Shown here piece after piece: positions 44,770-54,582 of a stretch of 62,274 bases of DNA. The stretch is from a virus, in IMG/VR virus record IMGVR_UViG_3300037419_000445; one strand, 5' to 3'. Under the pieces are notes generated by a model, which was not told the DNA's origin, made no database searches, and saw only the letters and a program-made list of their open reading frames with translations. The translations under genes and the position numbers were made by a program. Each line of letters opens with the position of its first letter. Position 1 is the stretch's first letter.

Positions 44770-45344
44770 CTCCTCGCGTAATGACCGGCAACAACTTGGC
44801 AAAAACCAGAAAAGGGTTGTGGGTATCAAAAGCCGGCAAAGACGTCACCGTGGTCGGCAATATGGATATGGCTTTTTCATCTGATCTGAAAAGCCCCAAA
44901 GTTGTTGTCGCTGGTTCGGTTACGATCTCGCCGCGGAATGGCTATCGAGCGAAGGATAGCGGACGACCGGGAATTCAGAACGTAACGCCAATCCCATTTG
45001 GCAGAACCATCAATCCATACCCTGCAGCGTTTCTGATCGGTTCGGCACCGGCGTGGGTGCTGCCGTTGATCGGCGGCGGTGAAATGCTACCGTATCTGGA
45101 TAACAAATGGCACACGCCAGTCTATGAGGACTGTGGCGGAACGGCTCCTAACGTCCTTGACACAACTTACGGTACGGCGATTTGGAAAGTATCCGATAGC
45201 GCAGGTGGCGATGGGAATGGCGTTTCTCAGATTTGGAAATGCTGCGCACTTTACCCGCGAGTATTTGCTGACAGGCTTGAGATTGTTTCGGCATGCTCGT
45301 CTTTGCTGACCGTCAAATATCTCGTTCTTGATTATAGCTTCTAG
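44766..45344 (+). CDS. tail-associated protein, paralog 3 of 3
   Basis: GLWVSKAGKDVTVVGNMDMAFSSD. Confidence 0.5.
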   Translation: MTPRVMTGNNLAKTRKGLWVSKAGKDVTVVGNMDMAFSSDLKSPKVVVAGSVTISPRNGYRAKDSGRPGIQNVTPIPFGRTINPYPAAFLIGSAPAWVLPLIGGGEMLPYLDNKWHTPVYEDCGGTAPNVLDTTYGTAIWKVSDSAGGDGNGVSQIWKCCALYPRVFADRLEIVSACSSLLTVKYLVLDYSF

Positions 45345-45354
45345 GATTCGATCG

Positions 45355-45915
45355 ATGTTTGTCATCCATGACGAGGCAGGAAATACACTTCATACCATGT
45401 CCGGTCCGAATAAAACCTATGGCGATGTCCTCACCGAGAGCGGGCAGCACTGGATATTTCTTGAGGGCGAGTACGACTTCAATCCGCTGATTCATTCGGT
45501 AGACGTGGAGCGAAAAAAATCTGGATTTCCGCATAACGACTGCGTCGTGAAGCGTGCTGTTACCTTCGCGGAGCCAATCAGCGTTAGTATAGATAGTATC
45601 AAGGAAGCTGCTGCTGAGCAGATCAATTCCAACTTCGCCAACATTGCCGCTGCCGAGGCGCACCGCGATCAAGCACACCGACATAAGCGAGAGACAGCGC
45701 AGCGGGTGATGTCCGGCACCGCTCTACCAGATGACCATCCGTTCGCGCAGGAGGCGAGCCTACGAGGCCTACCGCCGGAAGAACTAGCACGCGATGTTCT
45801 AGGCAAGACCGACAATTTCGCGGCGCGCGAACTTAAACGGCAGAAACTATTGCTGGCTGTCGCGGCCGCAAAGACGCCGGCCGACATTGACGAAGTGTTG
45901 GCAGCGCTGAACTAG
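45355..45915 (+). CDS. hypothetical protein (fibre-associated by position)
   Basis: MFVIHDEAGNTLH... uses the ATG at 45355 within track ORF 45328-45915. Confidence 0.5.
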   Translation: MFVIHDEAGNTLHTMSGPNKTYGDVLTESGQHWIFLEGEYDFNPLIHSVDVERKKSGFPHNDCVVKRAVTFAEPISVSIDSIKEAAAEQINSNFANIAAAEAHRDQAHRHKRETAQRVMSGTALPDDHPFAQEASLRGLPPEELARDVLGKTDNFAARELKRQKLLLAVAAAKTPADIDEVLAALN

Positions 45916-46039
45916 CAGATATCGGGCAGGCGTTAGCCGCCCTTCACACCACCACACCTTATCCGCCACGCGCCTTCTAGGCCCGTGAAGACGTGCGTTT
46001 GCGCGTGTTGGCCCTTTGGCTATCTCCCCAGGACTATAA

Positions 46040-49000
46040 ATGACCACGCCACTCGATATCACCGATTTCGTTTACAAGACCGGCACACTCACGATCGCAC
46101 CCGGCGACACGACTGCGGTGTTCACCGGCACGAGCCTGTCGGCGAACATCAAGGACGGTGATTACCTGTTCGCTGGTGGCTCGCTGGCTGTTATCGAGAC
46201 TGTCACGGACGACACGCACGCCGAACTGTTCACTGAATGGGCTGGCTCTGATGTTACGGCCGGTTCCTACGTCGTCTTGAAATCATCCCTGCTGCGCTAT
46301 CACACCGCGCTGATCGGATACGATTCAGCGACCTTCCTTGCGATGCTCGACGGCCTGACGGTTTTCTACGTGGTCACTGGCGACGAGCCGGACCCTTCCA
46401 TCGGCGAGGAGGGCCAGTTCGCCATCAAGACCAATACGGGCGGCTGGCAGCAATGGATCAAAACCGGCGGCGTGTGGGTGTTGCAGGCGACCCCGGTTGG
46501 CGTGGCGTGGCGTGGTGCTTGGAATAGTGGAACGTCCTACGCCATCAACGACGCCGTTCAGCGCCTCGGCTCGACGTACATTTCAAAGTCTGCGAACACC
46601 AACGCGCCACCAGAATCCAGCACATCAGATTGGGACTTGTCGTCTGCCAAGGGCGATGCGGGCCGTGATGGCGGCGTCATCGCTATTCCCTACACATACA
46701 GCAGCACGACTTCCGACAGCGACCCCGGCGACGGCGTAATCCGTCTCGGACCGGGCGCGTCTCAGAAAGCCGCAACGATTTGGCGCGCGGACGTGCTGGA
46801 CGTCGACGGCAAGGACTGGACAGGCACGCTCGCGGACCTCGCCGCCAGTACGTCGGCTGTGAAATGCGCCGCGCGCTTGTACAAGAAGTCTGACCAGACT
46901 GCGCGCATCGTTGGCAACGTCACAGCCTTTGCCACGCCGACAGGTTATCGCAACCTGACGTTTGTCGCGACCAGCGGCGACGACAATCCGTTCACCAATG
47001 GCGACGCAGTCATTCTGGTGCTCGATCGGACGGGTGACAAGGGAGACCAAGGCATCCAAGGCGTGAAAGGCATGACCAATCGAGGCACTTGGGCCTCGGT
47101 GACCGCCTACGTCACGGACGATGTTGTTACCAAGGACGGCAGCTCGTACATCGCTATCGCTGGCAGCACGAATAAAGATCCAGTCACGGAGCCGACGTTC
47201 TGGTCAGTGCTCGCGGCCAAGGGTGCAACAGGTGCCACGGGCGCGACCGGAAGCACAGGCAGCACTGGCGCGACCGGAAGCACCGGCCCAACCGGCCCAG
47301 GCTTCACATGGCGCGGCATCTATTCGAGCGCGACTGCTTACGCAGTCAATGATGTCGTCGGATATAGCGGCAAGGCATATATCAACATTCAGGCGGGCAC
47401 GAACCAGCAGCCCGACACGGCGACGGCTTACTGGACGCTGTACATCGACACGCCGGGCATCGTCGACAGCCACACGGTTTCCGGCATTGCCAGCAACTAC
47501 ACCGCAGCGACCGGCGACCGTGGCACGATGCTCCGTTGCACAGCCACGCTGACGCTTGCGCTGACTGCCGCTGCCACCCTTACGAATGGCTGGTACTGCT
47601 ACGTCAAAGCAGACGGCGCTACCGTTACGATCGATCCTGACAGTTCTGAGACAATTGACGGCGCGACGACTCAGACGCTTGCCAGTGGCTCGGCCGTAAT
47701 CCTGTTCTGTACCGGAACCGGATTTATCACGTTCAGTACGTCATCCGGTGGTGGCTCGCTTTCGGTAATCAACGAGAACATCCAGACCGCCGATTACACC
47801 ACGCTTGCGTCCGACCTTGGTAAGCGCGTGTTGATGAACTCTGCGAGCGCGCACACGATCACTCTGCTTGCGGCTGCAACGGCCGGTGCGGGATTCGCGT
47901 TCTTCGTCCGCAACAGCAACACCGGCTTGCTCACGGTCGACGCTAACTCGTCCGAGACGATTGACGGCGATTTGACCTTTGTCCTCGACAAGGACGAAGA
48001 AGCCTTATTGAGCTGCACCGGCACAGGCTGGCGAAAGCGGGTTTATCGCTCCGAAGGCCATCTCGAACCAGAGACAGACGTCGCTACCGGGTCCACCATG
48101 GACATCGGCGCGACTAATACTGAGCGCGTTCGCGCAACGGGAACGACTGGCGTTACTTCATTCGGGACGCGAGCGTACAAACGCCGGGTAGTTCGAGCCA
48201 CAGGTCAGTTTACCGTCACTCACAACGCGACATCGCTCTTTCTGCCGGGGGAAGCAGATTTAACTTTCGATAACGGTGATGTATTCGAGGCCGTTAGCGA
48301 TGCTTCTGGGAATTGGCGGATCGTCGATATCCAGAAAAACCTCGCTCCTGCGCGAGGAAAACTGACAGCCAACCGCACTTATTACGTGAGGACGGACGGC
48401 AGCAATAGCAATACCGGCCTTGCCAATACATCGGGCGGCGCTTTTCTGACTATCCAGAAAGCTATCGACGTTGTTGCAGCTCTCGATATATCCATCTTTA
48501 CCGTAACAATCCAAGTAGCGTCTGGAACCTACACGACTCCAATTGTTGTGAACGGTCCTTGGGTCGGAACAGGCGTTGTTCAGCTTATCGGCGACACCAC
48601 CACGCCGTCAAACGTGGTGATTTCGATTACGTCATCCGATGCCATTACTGTTCGTAATAACGCAGTTCTTGCTGTCGGCGGCTTTAAGACGCAAGTTTCA
48701 GGAGTTGGTGACGGCTTCGCGATTACATCGAACGGAACAGTCAATGTTGTCGGCGCGCTTGCATTTGGCGCGTTCAATTCGAGCAATGTTCAGATCAGTG
48801 CTGCAAATGGCGGCAAATTACTGAACATCGGCGGCGGTAATATAACCATCTCGGGCGGCGGATTCGCTCACGCCTACGCACAGCAGTTTGGTGGCGTTGT
48901 ATATGCGGGGATCACTGTAACATTGACTGGCACGCCGACGTTTAGCAATTCATTCGTAGGGGCAAATAACTTAGGGTTCATCCGTTCCGCTGGCGTCACT

Positions 49001-49132
49001 TACTCAGGATCTGCAACAGGACTTAAGTGGACGTCCACGGTGAACTCCGTCGTGCAAACGGATGGAGCTGGCGCGAACAGCTTGCCCGGTAGCGTCAATG
49101 GTACCGCTGCGAACGGGGGGCTTGGACTGTGA
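46040..49132 (+). CDS. tail fibre with collagen-like triplets, three CBM5/12-like repeats and a C-terminal beta-helix-like region
   Basis: GDKGDQGIQGVKG lies at 47033-47071 and (G-X-T)9 at 47222-47302. The W/Y-rich repeats are AWRGAWNSGTSYAINDAV, NRGTWASVTAYVTDDVV and TWRGIYSSATAYAVNDVV. Confidence 0.8.
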   Translation: MTTPLDITDFVYKTGTLTIAPGDTTAVFTGTSLSANIKDGDYLFAGGSLAVIETVTDDTHAELFTEWAGSDVTAGSYVVLKSSLLRYHTALIGYDSATFLAMLDGLTVFYVVTGDEPDPSIGEEGQFAIKTNTGGWQQWIKTGGVWVLQATPVGVAWRGAWNSGTSYAINDAVQRLGSTYISKSANTNAPPESSTSDWDLSSAKGDAGRDGGVIAIPYTYSSTTSDSDPGDGVIRLGPGASQKAATIWRADVLDVDGKDWTGTLADLAASTSAVKCAARLYKKSDQTARIVGNVTAFATPTGYRNLTFVATSGDDNPFTNGDAVILVLDRTGDKGDQGIQGVKGMTNRGTWASVTAYVTDDVVTKDGSSYIAIAGSTNKDPVTEPTFWSVLAAKGATGATGATGSTGSTGATGSTGPTGPGFTWRGIYSSATAYAVNDVVGYSGKAYINIQAGTNQQPDTATAYWTLYIDTPGIVDSHTVSGIASNYTAATGDRGTMLRCTATLTLALTAAATLTNGWYCYVKADGATVTIDPDSSETIDGATTQTLASGSAVILFCTGTGFITFSTSSGGGSLSVINENIQTADYTTLASDLGKRVLMNSASAHTITLLAAATAGAGFAFFVRNSNTGLLTVDANSSETIDGDLTFVLDKDEEALLSCTGTGWRKRVYRSEGHLEPETDVATGSTMDIGATNTERVRATGTTGVTSFGTRAYKRRVVRATGQFTVTHNATSLFLPGEADLTFDNGDVFEAVSDASGNWRIVDIQKNLAPARGKLTANRTYYVRTDGSNSNTGLANTSGGAFLTIQKAIDVVAALDISIFTVTIQVASGTYTTPIVVNGPWVGTGVVQLIGDTTTPSNVVISITSSDAITVRNNAVLAVGGFKTQVSGVGDGFAITSNGTVNVVGALAFGAFNSSNVQISAANGGKLLNIGGGNITISGGGFAHAYAQQFGGVVYAGITVTLTGTPTFSNSFVGANNLGFIRSAGVTYSGSATGLKWTSTVNSVVQTDGAGANSLPGSVNGTAANGGLGL
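47222..47302 (+). repeat. Collagen-like Gly-X-Y coding repeat (GATGATGATGSTGSTGATGSTGPTGPG)
   Basis: Nine GGN-NNN-ACN-type triplets read directly. Confidence 0.85.
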
Positions 49133-49533
49133 TGTCTGTATTTGATGATTTCGGATTACCGAAATATGACCCAAACAACTGGTTTTGGATAATTGATGGC
49201 GACGAACAACGTGGGTATTCGAGCGCCGCCTGTTCTTACGTTCCTATCGCCAATGTTGATATGACGCGAGTTGCGCGTGTCAGCAGAGAGAACGATATGA
49301 TCGCGGTCCTTCGATCGGCTAACGTGCCTCCGTATCACCGCGTCTCAAAAAGCACGGTATTGGCACGTCTCGGTGATGAAAACTGTGCGAAGGCTTTTGG
49401 GCTGGCCACTGTTGGACAGCAGCTTCGCTGGAACGCACCAGACAAGCCACAGGTCAACGCTGACGACACTGAAACGATTGCGCTCATTCGTTCCGTTGGG
49501 GCCGACCCTAAAGTGGTATTGGCTCCTGAGTGA
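49129..49533 (+). CDS. hypothetical protein (fibre-associated by position)
   Basis: 134-aa ORF with a GTGATG overlap. Confidence 0.5.
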   Translation: MMSVFDDFGLPKYDPNNWFWIIDGDEQRGYSSAACSYVPIANVDMTRVARVSRENDMIAVLRSANVPPYHRVSKSTVLARLGDENCAKAFGLATVGQQLRWNAPDKPQVNADDTETIALIRSVGADPKVVLAPE

Positions 49534-50575
49534 TAATTTTGCGTTTTGGTGATTTTGCGCCGGATACTATCCATCTTCGCATCGGCACTTCTATAAAATG
49601 ATAAGATGCTGCTGCGAGCGCAACTATTCCTACGAATGACACGGTCAATGCAACAGCAATATGTTGTCGCGAAAAATCTGCATTTTGAACCAGCAGATAC
49701 ATAGCCACAAATTGCCACAGGAAGAAGCTGTAGGATATCTCACCGAGCCAAATTAGCGGACGAACTTTTGACCAGTCTGCGTTCATCTTAGCGACAAGAT
49801 AGATACCGAAGCCGATGGCGGGTGCGACAATCCAATTCAATTGAACCCAAGCACTTGTGTATGGCTTCTGCGCGAGAAGATAGGTCAGCAGGACAACGTC
49901 GGCAAGAAGGAGCAGTCCCGCAGCTTTTAGATCGCCTGTCCGCTTAAAGACGAACGCGATGCAAATACCGAAGATAAATTCAGGAAGCCGCGCGAGTGGA
50001 AGCGAATACAGCATTATCCAGCTTCCGTTATGATCGTTCATGGTGAAGTCGGCATACCCCACTAAAAACATGACGCCCCACATCGCCAGCATCACAAGAG
50101 TCATCCCGATATTATTTAGGCGGGCGACCAATGGCAGGATGAACGGGAAAAGCAGATAGAAAAACCACTCGACAGAGAGGGACCACGTTCCTCCGTTGAT
50201 GCCTACCGGGAATAGCGACGCAAACCAGCCCTGAACGGAAAAGACATTAGCGATAATGTTCAAGAAACCCGACCAGCCGTGGATACTAATCGGCAGCACG
50301 ATAAACGACGCGATCACTGCGAAGGCGTAGGCAGGGTAGATGCGAGCGAAACGGGAGATCAGGTATTCCCGAACGTCCAAATGTCCGTCGTATGCGTAGG
50401 TAAGAACAAACCCTGACAATACGAAGAAGATCGTCATGCCCGCCGCGCCGTTGGTTAGCACGTTCGATGCATAGCCCTGCGGTAGAAGCGGGACGCGGAT
50501 ATGGAAGTGAAAAAGAAACACGTAAAACGCGGCGACAAACCGCAAGATCGTTAGGCCGTGTAGTTTCTGTTTCAT
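49508..50575 (-). CDS. acyltransferase family 3 (OafA-like O-acetyltransferase), a lysogenic-conversion candidate
   Basis: LTILRFVAAFYVFLFHF... About 10 TM segments, on the opposite strand to its neighbours. Confidence 0.8.
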   Translation of the reverse strand: MKQKLHGLTILRFVAAFYVFLFHFHIRVPLLPQGYASNVLTNGAAGMTIFFVLSGFVLTYAYDGHLDVREYLISRFARIYPAYAFAVIASFIVLPISIHGWSGFLNIIANVFSVQGWFASLFPVGINGGTWSLSVEWFFYLLFPFILPLVARLNNIGMTLVMLAMWGVMFLVGYADFTMNDHNGSWIMLYSLPLARLPEFIFGICIAFVFKRTGDLKAAGLLLLADVVLLTYLLAQKPYTSAWVQLNWIVAPAIGFGIYLVAKMNADWSKVRPLIWLGEISYSFFLWQFVAMYLLVQNADFSRQHIAVALTVSFVGIVALAAASYHFIEVPMRRWIVSGAKSPKRKIITQEPIPL

Positions 50576-50678
50576 TGCTCGCCCCGCCTACGCAACCCTA
50601 CCCCACCAAACCGGCCCTATCCAGCCCTAGTGCAGCGCGTTAGCGCCACAAAAACCCACAAAATTTAGGAGATTAACC

Positions 50679-50810
50679 ATGACGTTAGCGTCTTTGCGCG
50701 CTCGCTTGTCTGCGCCTTTGGAATTGGCTGCTGCCCAGATCAAGGCTCGCCCGAAAGGCGCGCTGGTTGTTTGGGCTGTTTCGTTGGTCGTTGTCGCGCT
50801 GGTGTTTTAG
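50679..50810 (+). CDS. possible 43-aa C-terminally anchored membrane peptide
   Basis: An AGGAG RBS precedes MTLASLRARLSAPLELAAAQIKARPKGALVVWAVSLVVVALVF. Confidence 0.35.
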   Translation: MTLASLRARLSAPLELAAAQIKARPKGALVVWAVSLVVVALVF

Positions 50811-50813
50811 GCG

Positions 50814-51029
50814 ATGCGGCTAAGGTTCATCCCCAACGTATGGGCGGAGGCCAAGCGCCTTTGGTCTATCCGCGTCGGCCTGCTTTTTGGTGCCTTGAAC
50901 GGCGCGATGCTTGGCTTGGTGGCATTTGCCGGTGTCATCGATCCTTGGTGGTTTTTGATCCTCAACATCGTTGGCTGGATGGTGCTGATTGGCGCCCGCC
51001 TTCTTAAACAGCCTGGAGCGGAGGCGTGA
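50814..51029 (+). CDS. holin candidate (two TM segments)
   Basis: LLFGALNGAMLGLVAFAGVIDPWWFLILNIVGWMVLIGA, immediately upstream of the endolysin. Confidence 0.55.
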   Translation: MRLRFIPNVWAEAKRLWSIRVGLLFGALNGAMLGLVAFAGVIDPWWFLILNIVGWMVLIGARLLKQPGAEA

Positions 51030-51577
51030 TCCCCGCCAACAAGCGCCCCGTCGCCAAGAAAGGCGTAGTCATCAGCGCTGCGCTCATGGCTGCAATTGTC
51101 AGCGCGGCTATCCCAGTTACCACAACATGGGAAGGCATGGACAAGGTTGCGCGGCGCGATGCGATCGGCACCGGCCATCCTGTAACTTACTGCTACGGAC
51201 AGACCGATGAGTTTGGCTTGGTAAAGCCCGGCCAACGGTTCACGAAAGTGGAGTGCGACGAAGCGATCAAAAAGAGCCTGCCGAAATACATCAAGGGCGT
51301 AGCGTCGTGCGCTACGCGAATCTTCCCGGTGAAGGTATGGGCCGCACTCGTAGACGGCGCCTACAACGCAGGAATCGCCGCAGTGTGTCGTTCGCCAATG
51401 ATGGTTCGCATGAACGAGGGCGACTACACGGCGGGCTGCAATGCGTTTGCAGGCTGGTACATCCGCTCAGACGGGCAGGTCCGCAAGGGCTTGATTGCTC
51501 GCCGCCGCGGATTGCATGGCGACCCTCGAACGTCAGAGCGCACCTTGTGCCTTGAGGGCGTGGAGGATGGCAAATGA
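51026..51577 (+). CDS. GH24 lysozyme (endolysin) with an N-terminal signal-anchor
   Basis: VVISAALMAAIVSAAIPVTTTWEGMD...ALVDGAYNAG...GLIARRRGL. Confidence 0.8.
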   Translation: MIPANKRPVAKKGVVISAALMAAIVSAAIPVTTTWEGMDKVARRDAIGTGHPVTYCYGQTDEFGLVKPGQRFTKVECDEAIKKSLPKYIKGVASCATRIFPVKVWAALVDGAYNAGIAAVCRSPMMVRMNEGDYTAGCNAFAGWYIRSDGQVRKGLIARRRGLHGDPRTSERTLCLEGVEDGK

Positions 51578-51647
51578 CGCACTGTCATGCCCGCCGCCAC
51601 ACTGGCGCAAGCCAGCCGCTAGAACCTTCCAGTACGAGGAGCAAACG

Positions 51648-51725
51648 ATGTTCCTCGGTCCAATCGGCATAGCAGCCGCCATCATAGTTTTCATTCTTCT
51701 CATCGCAACATGGGGGCCGCGCTAG
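51648..51725 (+). CDS. possible 25-aa hydrophobic peptide
   Basis: A strong GAGGAG RBS lies 7 nt upstream of MFLGPIGIAAAIIVFILLIATWGPR. Confidence 0.3.
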   Translation: MFLGPIGIAAAIIVFILLIATWGPR

Positions 51726-52112
51726 ATGTGGTTTCTTTCTTATCTAGGCGCGAACTTCGCGCTCATCTTGGTTGTCGTGCTGTTGGTCGTTGCGCTCGGC
51801 GCAATCGCTTGGTTCGCGAAGAACTGGAAGGTCGCTGTTGCCGCCGTGTTGGTGGTGTGCGCCGGGCTTGGCTATCAGCAGATCGACAAGAACGCTTATC
51901 AGCGGCGTGTGAGCGAGGAGGCCGCAGAGCGCGTAGCCGTGCTGCAAAGCAGGCTGGATACGTTGCAAGCCGTATCGCAGGCCGATGCAGAGCGCGCCTT
52001 GAAAGCGAGCGCCATCATCACAGAACTTGAAAGGACGGCAAACATGACACCGCCGAACAACGGGCCGTGTCTGGATGCAAATGCGGCAAGCCGAGTGGGG
52101 GATATTAAGTGA
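51726..52112 (+). CDS. i-spanin-like protein (N-terminal TM plus coiled coil)
   Basis: Hydrophobic N-terminus followed by AAERVAVLQSRLDTLQAVSQADAERALKA. Confidence 0.5.
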   Translation: MWFLSYLGANFALILVVVLLVVALGAIAWFAKNWKVAVAAVLVVCAGLGYQQIDKNAYQRRVSEEAAERVAVLQSRLDTLQAVSQADAERALKASAIITELERTANMTPPNNGPCLDANAASRVGDIK

Positions 52113-52372
52113 AATACGCAGTATGTGCAGCAGCACTCGCGCTCGCCTTGGCCGGTTGCCAGCCGTCCACGACGCAAGGCAGCCTGCCAACGGTACCGGC
52201 CGATATTCAGGCTTGTTTTAGGGGCGGGCCAGTTAACGTGCCACAGAAGGCGCTCACGGTTGCGGAAGTTGAATCCCTCTGGAAGCAGGACCGCATTAAG
52301 CAGGCGGTGCTTCGCCAGTGCGGCAACCGCTTCCTGGCTTGGTACGGCGACCTCCAAAAGAGGTGGCGCTGA
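52109..52372 (+). CDS. o-spanin-like outer-membrane lipoprotein
   Basis: MKYAVCAAALALALAGC with lipobox LAGC. Confidence 0.6.
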   Translation: MKYAVCAAALALALAGCQPSTTQGSLPTVPADIQACFRGGPVNVPQKALTVAEVESLWKQDRIKQAVLRQCGNRFLAWYGDLQKRWR

Positions 52373-52662
52373 TGGGTATCTTCGAATGGGGCGCGATAGC
52401 TGCGCTAGTGGCGCTTGGTACGGTGGTCTGGAGGCTGGCGACTATCATTCAGCGCACCAGTGATAAGGCCAATGCCGCTGAAATTATGTCTACTGGAGCA
52501 AATGGCAAAGTCATCGAGCTTGAACGTTCCTTAGCAAAGTACAAGGAACAGGTCGCGGCAGAATACGTAAGCCACGTCGCGATGAGGGAGGTTACCGAAG
52601 CGGTCAACAGGCTGTCTGAACGCTTCGATAATTTCCTGATGCACTTCATCCCGAAGCAGTAG
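52372..52662 (+). CDS. membrane-anchored coiled-coil protein
   Basis: MGIFEWGAIAALVALGTVVW... with a TGATG overlap. Confidence 0.45.
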   Translation: MGIFEWGAIAALVALGTVVWRLATIIQRTSDKANAAEIMSTGANGKVIELERSLAKYKEQVAAEYVSHVAMREVTEAVNRLSERFDNFLMHFIPKQ

Positions 52663-52809
52663 GCCACGCTGTGCGCCAGCACAGCCGTCTTTCTGCATTT
52701 TTCTCCGCTGCCATTTCCGTTCTGCCACCAAATTTATAGGCATGGCTGGCGGCGGACTATTTTCTGACACTTCGCGCCGCTGACGCCTACTTACGGGCAA
52801 TAGCGGCTT

Positions 52810-52836
52810 AAAGGCCGCCTCGTGCGGCCTTTTTAG
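52810..52836 (+). terminator. Rho-independent terminator ending the late operon
   Basis: AAAGGCCGC-ctcgt-GCGGCCTTT-TT. Confidence 0.65.
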
Positions 52837-52867
52837 TCTGTAAAACACAATAATTACATGAGGTTAA

Positions 52868-53206
52868 ATGCCTTCATTCCTGATCGTGGCTATCCTTTTG
52901 CTTGCTACAGCCATGCCAGCCTCGGCGCACTCCTGCATCGCCTCGCACTATGGCGTTGGTGACGGCTATGGCGGCAAGCGGACTGCCTCTGGCGAGCGCA
53001 TGAACCCGCACGCGATGACTGCGGCGCACCGGACGCTACCGTTCGGGACGCGCCTGCGGGTGTGTCATCGCGGCTGCGTCACGGTGCGGGTCAACGACCG
53101 TGGCCCATGGGTACGCGGCCGGTGTTTGGATCTGTCATACGGTGCAGCGCGCGCTATCGGCTTGGGCGGTACGGGTCGGGTGACTCTGGAAACAGCAGAT
53201 GATTAG
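52868..53206 (+). CDS. RlpA-like double-psi beta-barrel (DPBB) secreted protein
   Basis: Signal peptide [20 protein letters not shown], then [41 protein letters not shown]...VRVNDRGPW...[12 protein letters not shown]. Confidence 0.7.
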   Translation: MPSFLIVAILLLATAMPASAHSCIASHYGVGDGYGGKRTASGERMNPHAMTAAHRTLPFGTRLRVCHRGCVTVRVNDRGPWVRGRCLDLSYGAARAIGLGGTGRVTLETADD

Positions 53207-53292
53207 TCCATTCCTCGCCGTCAACACGATAGGGGCGATCATGATTGTGCTTATTGCCGTGTACTTCCTTTTCCCAAAATGGCGGTGAACTG

Positions 53293-54582
53293 ATGCCGAC
53301 TCCTCCGGTAACTGACGACGAATTGAAGGCCACTGTCGCCGCGTATAATGCGGCACAGGGCGACCAATCTGCCGCCGCTGATGCGATGGGGCTTGCTCGC
53401 AGCACACTCCAGAACCGGCTTAAAAGGGCGGCGGAGAGGGGGTTGATGGGGACCGCTGCTGTGCTGCCGGGTTTTAGGATTGCGAAGATTACCAACTCGC
53501 CCCATGGCGACACCGTTCAGCAGAAGCCAGAGCGGGGCGAGCCGTACAAGCCTATCGACGCTTTGGCCCTCAAGGGCCGCACCTCTTGGAATGATATTCT
53601 TCCAGACGGTTCGCGCATTGCCACGCGCGAAGTCGTCATGGAGCGGGCGGAAGCCAAGGCGCAGATGGACGCCATGCGCGCCGCTGTGGCGGGGTTCAAG
53701 GATGAGATTCCGCGCGTAGATGCGATTGTTCCCGTGCCGCTCTGGACCGCGCCCGATCTGCTCTGCATGTACGCCGTAACTGACGCCCACATGGGCTGTC
53801 TTTCTTGGCATGAGGAAACCGGTGACGAGGACTACGACCTCTCCATTTCCGAAAAGCTATTAGAAGATTGGTTCTGTGCCGCGATAGATATGGCACCGCG
53901 CGCACAAACCGCAGTACTCGCACAACTAGGAGATCTTCTCCATCACGATTCGCATGAAAGCGTCACGCCAGCACACCGCAACGTTCTTGATGCGGATTCT
54001 CGTTTTCAGAAAATGGTACGCGTTGCCATTCGAGTGCTTCGAAAAGTAATTGCGAGACTTCTGACGAAGCACGAGTTCGTTCATATTGTCATGGCAGATG
54101 CTAACCACGATCCCGCCAGCGAGGCGTGGTTGCGTGAAATGTTCGCAGCGTTCTATGAGAACGAGCCTCGCGTTACGGTCGATAACAGCGCTGGCACGTA
54201 CTACGTTTATAAGCACGGTGACGTGTCTCTATTTTTTCATCACGGTCATCGTCGCGGAGTCAATAACGCCGACTCTGTGTTCGCTGGGCGATTCCGAGAA
54301 ATCTATGGCAGCACAAAATTCAGCTACGCGCACCTTGGGCACAAGCACAGCGACGAATTGAAAACTACCAACCTTATGAAGGTTGAGCAGCATGAGACGT
54401 TAGCGGCTCCAGACGCCTATGCGGCGAACGGTGGGTGGCTGTCCGGTAGGTCGGCGAAAGTAATCGTCTACCATAAAGCGTTCGGCGAGGTTAGCCGGGT
54501 CACTCTGACGCCTGGAATGGTTGCTGGTGCTTCTACGAAACCGATTGCAGCAAACGATAATGAAGTTCGGAGGGCGGCGTGA
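53293..54582 (+). CDS. HTH-containing metallophosphoesterase-like protein
   Basis: The HTH is AMGLARSTLQNRLKRAAE. The phosphoesterase-like motifs are VTDAHMG, LGDLLHHD, MADANHD and FHHGH. The C-tail carries IAANDNEVRRAA. Confidence 0.55.
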   Translation: MPTPPVTDDELKATVAAYNAAQGDQSAAADAMGLARSTLQNRLKRAAERGLMGTAAVLPGFRIAKITNSPHGDTVQQKPERGEPYKPIDALALKGRTSWNDILPDGSRIATREVVMERAEAKAQMDAMRAAVAGFKDEIPRVDAIVPVPLWTAPDLLCMYAVTDAHMGCLSWHEETGDEDYDLSISEKLLEDWFCAAIDMAPRAQTAVLAQLGDLLHHDSHESVTPAHRNVLDADSRFQKMVRVAIRVLRKVIARLLTKHEFVHIVMADANHDPASEAWLREMFAAFYENEPRVTVDNSAGTYYVYKHGDVSLFFHHGHRRGVNNADSVFAGRFREIYGSTKFSYAHLGHKHSDELKTTNLMKVEQHETLAAPDAYAANGGWLSGRSAKVIVYHKAFGEVSRVTLTPGMVAGASTKPIAANDNEVRRAA

